64,000 bases of DNA, from IMG/VR virus record IMGVR_UViG_3300021255_001555, positions 6,845 through 70,844 of that record. One strand, 5' to 3'. The stretch comes from a virus (Duplodnaviria > Caudoviricetes). The translations under genes and the position numbers were made by a program. The notes beneath the pieces were generated by a model. That model was given only the letters and a program-made list of their open reading frames with translations. It did no database searches and had not been told where the DNA came from. Position 1 is the stretch's first letter, and each line of letters begins with the position of its first letter. Positions 48,937 to 60,900 of the stretch are shown here, piece by piece.

Positions 48937-49359
48937 ATGACTACTCAGAATACTCAGAACAACACTCAGATTACCCTTACTCAGGAGATGCTTCAGAGTC
49001 TTATCTCTAATGCAGTCGTTCAGGCTATCAATGCCACCAAGAAGCCTAGTGCTAGAAAAGCCAATACTAGAGCTACTGTTAAGCTCGGTGCTGATGGCTT
49101 ACTGGCAGAATTGGCAAAACTGGGTATCGAGCCTAAAACCGATGTATGGCTCTATACTGCAAAATCCGGCCGTACTACACTGTTCTGTCAGTTTAGTAAA
49201 ACTGAGTCAGCAGAATTGGACTTCATGGGTTCTATCGGATTTGAGTCATGGGCAAACAAGGACAGTAAGCGTGATATGTGGCAGGGCGGTCGCATCGTAA
49301 GGTTATACGCTGATGTACCAGAAGGTGCAGAAGGCAACTATGAAGCGTTCAGGCGGTAA
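48937..49359 (+). CDS. first gene of the plus-strand early cluster, hypothetical
   Basis: AGAAAGGA RBS; followed by a terminator. Confidence 0.7.
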   Translation: MTTQNTQNNTQITLTQEMLQSLISNAVVQAINATKKPSARKANTRATVKLGADGLLAELAKLGIEPKTDVWLYTAKSGRTTLFCQFSKTESAELDFMGSIGFESWANKDSKRDMWQGGRIVRLYADVPEGAEGNYEAFRR

Positions 49360-49377
49360 GCCACAGACCAACAAAGA

Positions 49378-49408
49378 AGCCGCACTCCTACGGGGGTGCG
49401 GTTTTAAT
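49378..49408 (+). terminator. intrinsic terminator
   Basis: CCGCACTCC-TAC-GGGGGTGCGG hairpin then TTTT. Confidence 0.75.
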
Positions 49409-49471
49409 TTGCCCTTATTTATCTAGTGCTAAAGCAGAGCATGGTCAAAGAAACACCAAGGAGGTATCACT

Positions 49472-49630
49472 ATGTACCCAAGAACACAGCAGGAACGCAT
49501 TAGGATAATCCAACGTCACTACCCTGCTCCTACTACTGACCTTCCAATATGTGACGATGATATAGCCCCAGAAAACTTCGGGGACGACTGTTTTGACGAG
49601 GAGGAAGATGATTATGACTGCGATGATTAA
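49472..49630 (+). CDS. 52-aa acidic peptide
   Basis: AAGGAGG RBS; below the ORF-track cutoff; acidic C-terminus. Confidence 0.55.
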   Translation: MYPRTQQERIRIIQRHYPAPTTDLPICDDDIAPENFGDDCFDEEEDDYDCDD

Positions 49631-50197
49631 TGGATACCAAGTCGAACTGCGTAATCAAGGCATACACGCAGTATGGTGTGTATATTCCAAACGCACTCCA
49701 AGACGTAATGCAGGGAGTAACCTTGTGTTACAGATTAGTACCAACAAGTATGATGGTGTTCCACTGGTATTAAGCCGTGGTCAGCAGATAAACAAGTTAA
49801 CCAATATCATAAGGAGGGTATTGCCATGTTAGATGCTTATAAGATACTTATCTTAATCATTGTCCTGTATAGTATTATACAGGCTTACCATGAGTGCTGG
49901 GACAAGTGTTATGGGTGGTTAGGGATATCTATGTCACTCATAGTCTACGGTATATTCTGTCTTGGTATGTAGGAGGTGTTACCGTGAGTTCGTATGAAAT
50001 TCTCTGTTCCGCCGATGCGGTACAGTTATTATCATTAGCGTACTGTGTATTAATGTTAGTATTTGCCACGGTTATATCTGTGGCATTTTTTAGTGGACAC
50101 AATAAATTCGGTAGAAGATTATTGTATTCCTACTGTATTACATTATTTGCCATTGTAATAATCGGTAAATGTCTGTAGAGAGAAAGGAAAATAAAAA

Positions 50198-51105
50198 ATG
50201 GAAAATAAAAAAGAAATTATACGGCGACTGGAAAACAGTTACCGTGCCACCCGTGAAGACATTGATGCACTGGTTTACTATGAAACCGAGAATCACGATG
50301 AGTTCGTTGATGTCTATAGCTACTGTCGTAGTCAAAGCAAGCCATGGATTACGGTGGATGTAAGTTGTGACAGCGGAATCGCCATGATTTATGACGTGGC
50401 GAAAGCAGTAATGCACAATTTATAGAAAATGAAAAAATTCACGGTTTCCAAGTTCTATTGGTGTATATCAATAGAAAATGAAAATTTTTGACACTAGGAA
50501 GTTCTATTGGTAGAGAGGAGGATACCATTATGGAAGCCACAGTAAAAAATAATTACAGCCGTTGGAATTATCTTGAAATCAAAAAGGAGTCTGATGCTTT
50601 TGAGCAGATGCTCCTTGAATACTGGGAGCGACTGGAAAAGGCAAGGGAAAGCTATATCCTGCTCAAGAACAGGAATAAGCTGTAGATAAAAAATAGAAAA
50701 TATCGCCATTTTTACCGGTGATAGATTATGAATTCGTTTGTAAATACTTACGGATTCATTTTAGTTTCACGGTAAATATCGAGCGATAATAAAAATTAAC
50801 TTGTTATCATATATGCAAATGTGTTATCGTATATGTACGCTAACACGGTGTTATTGTGAAAGGGTGGTCTTATGAATAAATACTATGTTGTGATGTTGAA
50901 AGAAAATGAAAAACATAATCAGGTGTGTGGAACTGAAAGACAGTTTCTTGTACACAACTGGCGTAATCTGTTGGAAAAATTTAACCGCCTGAAGAACTAC
51001 AAGGGTGACATTGGACAGTTAAAAGGCATACAGCGTATGGAAGTATATACATTTAGCAATTTTTTTGATGACAGGACATTCCGTTTAATAGCAACGGAAT
51101 ACTAA
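50198..51105 (+). CDS. three small early hypothetical genes (50198-50425, 50530-50685, 50872-51105)
   Basis: Each has an AG-rich RBS. Confidence 0.6.
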
Positions 51106-51154
51106 TGCCCTGTTGTTATCGTAAATGTAAAACTGTTATCGAGGAGGATAAAAA

Positions 51155-52822
51155 ATGAAAAAAGATGAAAGAATTAAGTTGTTTGCGAAACAAATCAATT
51201 GGGCGTTGAAGACTTATTTTAACAATGCCCCAGACAATAGGGATATTTTGTCAAACGACATTTCCGAGTTCTGCCGGAGAATGGCAGAGGATAACTATGA
51301 AAGCAAGAAGGAACTCCGCGAGTTATTCAGCAAATCCCCTTCTTATAACGAGGAGTGGGATTACATTCTCATAAATGGCAATAGAACTCATGAACCAGAC
51401 TGGGGTACAGTAATGGAAGATACGATTGAATTACTTCAAATGAACGAAAAAGGTAATTACTTCCTTGCTAACTGTTATATTCGTGACCTAATAGATGGGT
51501 TACGAGGTATAGAAACTGAAGAAGCCTATGCTATCGAAAAGATGGCAATGGTAGACGATAAAATCTACCATAAAGGCAAGAAGATTTCTAAAATGCTGCG
51601 AGCATTGTTTGTAGCATTAGAGTTAGATAAAGTTCCAGACTTCGAAGCTAGGTACGCAAAGATAGCAGATGAATGTAACAGTAGAAAAATTGATTTTAAA
51701 TATATTTTGTCTACTAACCCTGCTTTCCAAATCACGATGTCTAACCCTCAAAGTGACAATAGAGGTACGATGTTACAGTCGTGCCATTCGTTGAATAGCG
51801 GTTATGAGTACCAAAATGGTTGTAGCGGTTATGCCCGTGATGAGTATAGCTTCATCACGTTTATACCATCAGTATTCGATGATAAGGAAACTTGGGTAAA
51901 TAGGAAAACAATGAGGCAAATGTTCATGTATAAGCCTTACAATGGTGTTCTTATTCAGTCACGCTTATACGATGCAAGCGGTGGTTTGTATGGAGATCAG
52001 GGTGAGGTTATGAAAATTTATCGTGACCTCGTACAGCGTGAAATTTCCTTGTGTGAAAATGAGGTTAACTCTTGGAATACTAAGAAGTATAACCATCATG
52101 ACATCGATGATTTTCACCTTGGTGTAGGCGAAGGTTTCGGGGGATATCCCGACTGGAGATATAGTAGTGATTTCGATATCCGTCAGTCAATAAGAAAAGG
52201 AAAAACTGATTTTGTGAAGTACAAGGCAGGTGCTCGTGGTCGTTGCATGGCTTGCGGTGAGTTAACAAATGAAGGCGACAATGTATTCTGCGAAGAATGT
52301 GGTGGCGGCTACCGCTGTGAAGAATGTAATGAACATTTTAATGAAGATGACCTGTACTATGTTCACGACAGAGATGGTAACGAAATACAAGTTTGCTATG
52401 ACTGCCGTTGTGACAGTTATTGTTACTGTGATGGTTGTGACGAATACCATCACATTGATAATTGCACTCAAATCGGTGATTACTGGTACTGCGATGACTG
52501 TCGTGATAGAAACTTCTTCAAGTGTGATATCTGTGGCGACTGGGAGTCAAAAGAAGATAGGACTGAAACAGCAGATGATAAGGAAGTTTGTCAATATTGC
52601 CTTGAGGGTAACTACACTCGGTGTGATGAGTGCGGTGAATGGATAAAAGATAGTGATGTTGTGGAAACTGCTGATGGCAGTAACATTTGTGAAGACTGTA
52701 TGGATAGATACTACTTTGAGTGCGAGGAGTGTGGTGAGATACACCCTAACGGTGAAAAAGTAGAAAAAGATGGGAAAGAACTTTGTGAAGACTGTGCAGG
52801 TAGCGAGGAGGAAATAGCATGA
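51155..52822 (+). CDS. 555-aa protein with unknown N-terminal domain and 12 C-terminal CxxC motifs
   Basis: GAGGAGG RBS; LSTNP...MS...SCHSL motif; tandem zinc-ribbon repeats. Confidence 0.8.
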   Translation: MKKDERIKLFAKQINWALKTYFNNAPDNRDILSNDISEFCRRMAEDNYESKKELRELFSKSPSYNEEWDYILINGNRTHEPDWGTVMEDTIELLQMNEKGNYFLANCYIRDLIDGLRGIETEEAYAIEKMAMVDDKIYHKGKKISKMLRALFVALELDKVPDFEARYAKIADECNSRKIDFKYILSTNPAFQITMSNPQSDNRGTMLQSCHSLNSGYEYQNGCSGYARDEYSFITFIPSVFDDKETWVNRKTMRQMFMYKPYNGVLIQSRLYDASGGLYGDQGEVMKIYRDLVQREISLCENEVNSWNTKKYNHHDIDDFHLGVGEGFGGYPDWRYSSDFDIRQSIRKGKTDFVKYKAGARGRCMACGELTNEGDNVFCEECGGGYRCEECNEHFNEDDLYYVHDRDGNEIQVCYDCRCDSYCYCDGCDEYHHIDNCTQIGDYWYCDDCRDRNFFKCDICGDWESKEDRTETADDKEVCQYCLEGNYTRCDECGEWIKDSDVVETADGSNICEDCMDRYYFECEECGEIHPNGEKVEKDGKELCEDCAGSEEEIA

Positions 52823-53715
52823 GAACACTTGATGAATACATTAAATTACCACAAAAGAAGTTATTTAAAGCAATAAAAAGCGATTTTCCTTCCGCAGTAT
52901 ATCGCAAGGATAAATACATTTTTATTCCCGGTGAAGCCCCTATTCTCCTTGTAAGTCACCTTGATACAGTGCATCACGATAATGTCACTGTTATCTGTAA
53001 GAGTGATGACGGTAATATTCTGATGTCCCCACAAGGAATTGGCGGCGATGACCGTTGTGGTGTCTACGGAATTATTAAGGCATACGAAAATGCCAATATA
53101 AAACCGTGGTTACTGTTTACTTGCGATGAGGAAATAGGAGGTGTCGGTGCTAGACAGTTTGCCAAAGATTTACCAATGAGAAAAGAATTAGAAAAAGTGA
53201 ATCTCATTGTTGAACTCGATAGAAAAGGGAAAAACGATGCAGTTTACTACGAATGTGACTCTCCTGAACTTGAGAAATACATTACTTCCAAGGGATACAA
53301 GACTGAATGGGGAACATACAGTGATATCTGTGACATTGCCCCTGCACTCGGTGTAGCTGCTGTAAATCTCTCATGTGGATACTATAATGCCCACACACAG
53401 CATGAGTACATCAATGTAAAACACCTTGAAAAGACCATTGAAAAGGTTATTGAGATAGTCAATGAGTCCGCAGAACTTCCGCAGTTTGAATACAGAGAAA
53501 TGTTCACATACAATAGCTGGGATTATCCCAGTAAAGGCTTCGACCCATCGCTTCTCAAAGGATTCCTTTTGGACTACTGGGATGAACTGTTGGACCTATA
53601 CAGCGAGGAGGAATTAATAGAATACTGCGAAGCCTGTGGAATGGGTGCTATCACAGATTTATACTACGCAGAATTTATGGATTCAAAGGACCCAAAAGTT
53701 AATTACGGATATTAA
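52819..53715 (+). CDS. M28/M20-like zinc peptidase
   Basis: SHLDTV, GIGGDDRCG, DEEIGG, ELDRKG, YSDI, YYNAHT..E metal ligands. Confidence 0.85.
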   Translation: MRTLDEYIKLPQKKLFKAIKSDFPSAVYRKDKYIFIPGEAPILLVSHLDTVHHDNVTVICKSDDGNILMSPQGIGGDDRCGVYGIIKAYENANIKPWLLFTCDEEIGGVGARQFAKDLPMRKELEKVNLIVELDRKGKNDAVYYECDSPELEKYITSKGYKTEWGTYSDICDIAPALGVAAVNLSCGYYNAHTQHEYINVKHLEKTIEKVIEIVNESAELPQFEYREMFTYNSWDYPSKGFDPSLLKGFLLDYWDELLDLYSEEELIEYCEACGMGAITDLYYAEFMDSKDPKVNYGY

Positions 53716-53727
53716 GGAGGTATAAAC

Positions 53728-56700
53728 ATGGGTAACAGAGCGGTATTAACATTTGGAACAAAGGAAAATTATTTGAATAACGTAGGTATTTACCTGCATT
53801 GGAACGGTGGACCAAAGAGTGTTCAGGCATTTCTTACATACTGTAAGTTCAAGAATTATCCTACAGATAATTATGGAATCGCCAGACTTGCACAGGTAAT
53901 AGGAAATTATTTCGGCGGTACATTGTCAATAGGTATTGATATTTGTAAGAACCTTGATTGTAACAACTGGGATAACGGTGTGTATTTCATTAAAGACTGG
54001 GAGGTTGTAGATAGTTTATACGATGATAACCGACGTACTGAGAATTACGATGTATTTGAGTTCCTATTAACCATTGACAGGTCAATGCCTAAACATGAAC
54101 AGCTTGGAGAAGATGTTATAGCAGCAAAGTGGAAGGAGGAATAAACAATGGATAGAGATAGATACAAAACAGCATATCACCTAAAGAAAACCGATGAGGT
54201 TTACATCGGCGTCTTGTTCAATGATAACAAAATAAAATTCGTTACCGACACTGAAGGTCACTATGCCAAGTGGGAAGACGGTAAGGACGCAATACAGTTT
54301 ACATTGGTCCACGCCGCCGACATTGTAAAAGGACTGTGCTTTAATGGATATCATGCGGTAATAGTCGATGCCTATTTCTTTGAACGGTTATGGAACCCAA
54401 AGGAAAAGGAGGTATAACAATGATAATATCACACGATACATTATCGCATTGCCTCAATGTCATAGTTTTTGAGGTAGATGGGAAAGTAGCCGTCGAAATT
54501 CGACAGGGTAACGACAAAAAGGAATATGTTTTCGAGGTGTATAAGCTACCGTATGACAATGAAAAAGATGTAATAAAGACGGTAAAAGTTCTGTACAAAA
54601 AAACTAAAAAAAAGACATATAGGAGATAAAATTATGAAATACATTATTAACAGTGCAAGTACATGGTGTGCTGATAATTTTTTGGATAAATATTCTGATA
54701 TATTATCTGAATCCGGTTTTAAAATTCGGGTTTTGTCGGAAAATAATAAGGACAAAAGTGCAGTAATTATTACGATAAAATCCCTGAATGACTTAAAAAA
54801 ACTAACAAGTGTCGTAGATAAAATCATAGTATACGATAGGGATTTAACTTACCCGGAATATCCAAGGATAACTATTTATGATGATTTTATGGAGTAAATG
54901 GAGGTGGAGTAATATGTGGGCATTGTTAACATTTGTAGATAATGAACATACTGTAGAGTTCTTTGATAACAAAGTTAAAGCTACAGATGCTTTTATCGCA
55001 TGGATATATGACATGAAAGCACATCGAGGACTAATGCTTACTCGGTATGTTGTTCGAGGGATAGCAACTAACTATGTACAGTCAAGCGGTGCTAATCCTG
55101 AAGATTACCTTGAAGCAAGGTTAGTACAAGTAGAATCTGGTAAAAAATACAGTCACTAAGGAGGTGTGAACCATGGCAAAACTGTGTGATTACGAAGGTA
55201 TAGACTTTGTAACAATAGATAATGGCAATATTATCTGGAACGGTTTTTTTTATGACAGCGATGGTTACATTGCTCTCACCGAATACTCACGGTTTGACAT
55301 GAGTATAGATGAGTTCATCAATAAGTACAATCGTGACCCCGAACAGGCTTATGAACTGTACGGATGTCAGTTTACTCAGTACATAACAAAGGAAGGTGAA
55401 GATGAGAATACAAGAGAGTCAATGCACGACTTGTTTGACAGTTGGGTAAACGATGCTACCCCACTGGCTCCCGGAGATATAACAATGGATACCCCAAATG
55501 GGTTCTATGTGTTGAGAGAAAACAAAATAAGTATTGTAAGAGAATATACAAACGATGATACCACTTGGTATTTATTGGAAAACGATGGTAGAGCTTGTTT
55601 TTCAAGGGATAAAACTACTGACCCTGCTACTCTATCGTACATTGAATATACAGACCCACTACTTCAACATCTGTATCACTGTGTGATAACAAGTGATAAT
55701 GATATGTGGTTTGTAGATACTAATCCATGGAATGATTATGGAATTATTCAGGAGGAATTTGAAAACAGAATAGATGCAATGATTGATAAGTATAGTCTTG
55801 AAGATGTAATTACAAAGAACGAAGATGATGCACTATACACTTTCTATGGTGACTTACAGAGTAGATTTAGTTGGGAGGTATAAATATGAAAATTAATGAA
55901 CTCAATAATTTATGGGTAGCAGAAGCAAGTGATTTTAAGGTTCTTGTCGTTGCTCTTGACGAAGAAGAAGCATACGACATCGCAAGAGAATATTATTTTG
56001 ACGCTGATATCGACAGTGATGATTTAGAAGTAGTTCAGTTTACCAAGGTTAGAACACAGTTTGACTGCGATTATGCAATAACAGGAGGTGTATAGACTAT
56101 GGTTTACCCAGTATACTCAAAAGACTATGACATGACTTTTCTCATGGAAGAAAAAATTATTTCCACTGGTCCCACTGATGGCGAAGTAAGCCTTGAGGTT
56201 ATAGGGTTTTACCTTGGCAAGCCAGACGGCGAAAAGATAGATGAATACTACGGAAAGAAATATTATACGGTTGATTATGATAAAAGAAACATGAAACCAA
56301 GATTTTGAGGAGGTATAGAAAATGAATAAGCAGGAATTCGAACTCAGATTAAAACTCAAACTAGAGAAAGACTCCCATAATGAGAAAATAGCAGCTATCA
56401 GAGAAGAAAAAGCATTAAAAGATGCAAATAATAGACTAGCGTCTAAAATAAAAGACATTGTAGATTATATCAGCATGGCTCAGTCATGTGAACTTCACAA
56501 TATTTCATTAGATTCGGGATTAGTTGTTAAATATAAAACAGGTTGTTTTGTAGAAGGTAAATTCGGATTAATTTGCAAAGAGTTACCATTTTATCCTGTT
56601 AGGCAGTTTACAGGTATGGGAATATTTTTAAAACCACATAGATATGACTCAAAAAAATGCTTTATGGTTGATGTAAATGGAAATATAGCAGCTTACATAA

Positions 56701-57178
56701 GCTCAGGTTCATATAAAGCATATCCATTCTGTCCTACAAGCAGAGAGGTTAATGATTTTATTGATGCTTTTAACGAGTGGGAGCAGAAATTTGAAAGATT
56801 CTCTAAAATGGTTGGAATTTAAAGGGGGTTTTAGAAATGTGGATTGAAAAACTCAGTAATAAAGAGTTATTGCAAATGCACAAATCTGTAATAATAGAAG
56901 ATACGAAAAATATTGATGTAACCAAAACATCAGAAGGAATATACATTACAGCCTATGAAAATTGTCCTTATGACGATGGCACTCCAGCATACGTACCAAC
57001 ACAATATTTATATACTGATTATGACTACGTTGATTACGACACCTCAGACCCAAATCACTGGGAGACGGCAGGTAGATACCGCCAATATATGACAAAGCGT
57101 TTCGGGTCAGAATACGTTCAGGCGATGGTTAAAAAGATGTTAAACGTAGATATAACGGAAGTCATAGGGAAGGAGTGA
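53728..57178 (+). CDS. run of ten small early hypothetical genes (53728-54144, 54148-54417, 54420-54629, 54634-54897, 54914-55159, 55173-55883, 55886-56095, 56099-56308, 56322-56822, 56837-57178)
   Basis: Co-directional, closely spaced, strong GGAGG RBSs; no recognisable function. Confidence 0.7.
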
Positions 57179-57972
57179 AATCAATGTTTGATGATTATCT
57201 TGAGGAGGTAAAAATTACTCGTACCTCCTCCACCTACGAACTCTATGGTCATGCGTTGAAAAACTTTCCAAACGGTGGAACACGTAATGAGATTTTAGGG
57301 TTTATAGAAAATGGAAATGTCAAGGATACTACAAAGAAGCTCTATCTTACTATCCTTGGTAATGCCCTTGATTTCTACAATAAAAAAACCAAGGATATAT
57401 CAAGGTTAATCACTGGCTATCGTTGTAACAAGCCAGTTGAACCATGCCCTACCAACGAAGAAGTTGAAAAGGTATGGAACTCCTTGAGAAAGCCAAGGGA
57501 CAAGGTAATCTTTGGACTCATGGCTTACAGCGGCTTACGAATATCGGAAGTCTGTGGGCTTACAGTTGATGATCTACTGCCAGACCATAAGATATTACTT
57601 CGTGATACGAAAGGGAAACAGGATGCAGTTGTTCCGGTGGTTCATCCACGAGTAATCACTGCAATGCGTGAGTACCTAAAGAAACGCCATAGTAGATACA
57701 AAGCATTGTTCTTGTCTTCTCATAAGGAACCAATAAAACTTGAAAGTATGAAAATGTTAATTACTAGACACTGTAGAAAATGTGGACTCCCCTACCATCC
57801 ACATTCTTTCCGCAGATACTTTGGTAACACATTGTCCCGTGCAGGGGTTCCAGTACAGAATATCTGTGTAGCAATGAGGCATAAGAGCATTACAACTACA
57901 ATGCGGTATCTTAACATTAATCAAGACGATGTAAGAAATACATTAGAAAGGGTGTATGCAAATGCGGAGTAA
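57175..57972 (+). CDS. second tyrosine recombinase (XerC/D-like, no arm-binding domain)
   Basis: YSGLRISEV, TKG, HPHSFRR, RH, TTMRYL catalytic residues; 265 aa. Confidence 0.9.
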   Translation: MKSMFDDYLEEVKITRTSSTYELYGHALKNFPNGGTRNEILGFIENGNVKDTTKKLYLTILGNALDFYNKKTKDISRLITGYRCNKPVEPCPTNEEVEKVWNSLRKPRDKVIFGLMAYSGLRISEVCGLTVDDLLPDHKILLRDTKGKQDAVVPVVHPRVITAMREYLKKRHSRYKALFLSSHKEPIKLESMKMLITRHCRKCGLPYHPHSFRRYFGNTLSRAGVPVQNICVAMRHKSITTTMRYLNINQDDVRNTLERVYANAE

Positions 57973-60900
57973 TAAATACATTGAATACGCGAAACTGGAA
58001 ATGAGAAATGATAAGTATGTGCGGTTCGTAGCAATGAGTTACTGCTACGGTAATATTCTTATATTCCAAGCAAGAGATATTCCAAAGGAACTCAGTGAGG
58101 GTGATGTTTGTGAATTGATTTACTCCTACAACGGAGGTGTTCCTCTGCTTTACAAGTGTAAGAAAGTAGATAATATCCCTGTTAGCAAGTGGTGCAGTGA
58201 AAGGACGGTGTCTAATGAGCAAATTGCATGATATTTTACTGCTTGCAGCAATAGCCGAAGCAAAGAAAGTAGTAATTCACCCACACATGAAAGTACGGTG
58301 GGTTGAGCCGATGTCAAAGTTTAACTATGTTCCGCAGAAAGATGACCTTGATAAACTGTATGAACAGACAGTAGATAAGGCTCATGCAGAAGCATTAGAA
58401 CTCTATGATTTCACTACTGTTCACTGTAAGATTGCAGGTTTTACCTTTGTAATCGACTGGACAATAGTAAATGGAAAACTTCATGCAGATGTAGAACCGT
58501 TGGTAGGCTAGGTTAAACCTAGTCCTTTTTAGTATAAGGAGGTTTTAGAATGATTTGGATAGGAAACGCAAGAGACATTGAACTTACTGCACAGGAAGCA
58601 TACAAGCTCACCGAGGCAGAGAAGATATACAAGGATGTTATCAAGGAAGTATTTTCGTACATCAATAAAAGTATTGATTGCAGTATTCGTGAATGGAAAA
58701 GGTTTAGTATAACTGTTAACTCAGGGGAACTCGGTAAGATTTTACAGCCACATGGTTTAGAGTTCCTTGTTGATAGAGTTATGAATGATATCAAAGAGAA
58801 GTATAAGCAACTTGGGTTTTATATAAAACCTACAAAGACTTCTTCGTTGTGTGAGGTAAAAGTATTTACAATCAGTTGGAGTAAACGTGACCTAGCAAGG
58901 TTAGAAAAGGCAGCATAAGGAGGGCTGACAATGAGAACGGATGAACTTGTAAAGGAATTGGAAAATGTTCAAGCATTGGTATGCAAGCATGAGCATAATG
59001 AATGTGACCATAATCGTTGTATGGCTTGTATTGGCGGTTATTATGGTGACGAGTGTGCTTTTGAAGTTGTAATAGACGCTATTTGGAAAATCAATGATTT
59101 AGATTTGCAGGAGGGCTAACAATGTATTACTGTGAAAGTTCGCTTGAAGCATATGACAGGCGTAATGCGAAAATATATTTAACAACAGGTTCACATAAGA
59201 TAGAAATTGAACCATTTATGTCACCACAAAGGAACAGAGTTACTATAGATAGTTTTTTCACTGTCTATACAGTAACAAAATTCAAGGAATATAAAGAGCG
59301 TTTTGAGAATAACCTGTCTCTACGCAGGTATTTTAGTGAAGTAGAAAATGTAGAAAAAGCATTGAGAAGTAAACCGTTCTCTGTTGTACATAAGGAGGAA
59401 TAAACAATGAAAAAGGTAGTTAGAGGTAATACATTTTGTGGCAATCCTATCAGTGAATACGGACAGAAGAACCATCGTGTAGACTATGCTACACTGGCGA
59501 AAGCATTTGATGCGGTGTTATGCAATGAGATAGTAAATGTTTCCCCTGCGAATATGTTCTTGTGGAACGGTTCTGATTATGATGAGGAGAACGAAAGAGA
59601 CGTTGAAATCTACCAGTATTACATCATTAGTAATAGCGGTGCTGAGTTACTCAAATGGTGGACAGATGAAATCGTGTATTACAATAGCGAACTCGATGTT
59701 TATGTCTGGGGAGTAACTCACTGGGGCACTGGCTGGGACTATGTTCTCACGAATATAGAAGTTGAAAGAGATATGAATGTTAAAGAGTTAAGCAGAGCAA
59801 AGTTCTGGAGACTCAAGAGATACTACTACAAAAATGTATTGCTCCCACCAAACGCAGGTGTAACAACGAAAGAACTTGACAATGTAGATAAATATGTAAC
59901 AGATGAGGAAATCATTAAATATTACGACGGAATAAAGTTTTATAACAGTGACTTTGTAGATGGCGGTATGTGGTATATGTAAGGAGGTATAGAAAATGAT
60001 TGTATTCATTGAAAGATACTTACCTATCGAGGGGACATCATTTCACTACTGGGCGACAGTAATGAATACCGATGAGACCCCAGTTACATTTGAAAGTAAA
60101 AGAGAAGCTGAATCGTGGTTAAATGACCGTGGCTTTACAGTTGATAACAAAGAGTTCAGGCTGTTTGCATTGGGGGTGAACTGATATGAGATACATAATC
60201 AACAAAAGAATACAGATGGAAGACTGTGAATATTGGTCTTCTATGGTTAATAAAGATGGTATTGTAAAACTATTTAAATCCAAGGCAGAAGCAAGAAATT
60301 ACCTGCACGATGCAGGGTATACCATTGATGATCCAAATGTAAAAATTATGGAGGTGCCTTAATATGTTATTCACTGGAACACGAAAACCAACAGGAAAGA
60401 AATTCTATTTTGAAATCGTTGATGCAAATGGCAATGTGGTAGGCACACGAAAAAGTTTCAGAAAATACGTGTCTGCTACAGTACACCTACATAAAGACAC
60501 TAATAAAGTATGGAATATTACATACAGCACCAAGTTAAAAGCTACAAGCATGGGAATTCCCGGTGTTATTTCACTATTAGTACCAATTGAGGAGGTTGAT
60601 TAGTATGGTATGGGCAGTTGCAGAAGCTATTGGTTACACTCCGATAACTACGTTCTGGGATGATTTCACCATCGCAGATCACTTTGGAAAAGATGCTATA
60701 CAAGATACATACAACCGTGCTTTCGAAGCATGGAAAGGAGATTACAAGTACCTTACAGAGTTAGTTATGGTTTTAAACCATAAGATTTGGCAGCATTACC
60801 GTGCGAACAACACGGTATACTCTGAACTCTACGATAAGCTATGGAAAGAAGCAGATAACTATGCTATGGATAATTTAAAGGATGATGAACTTAGATACTT

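Noticed and set aside
59407-59982. Apparent fusion of two small proteins (second half starting MNVKELS)
   Set aside because: No stop or clear internal RBS; cannot tell a real fusion from a single gene without homologs
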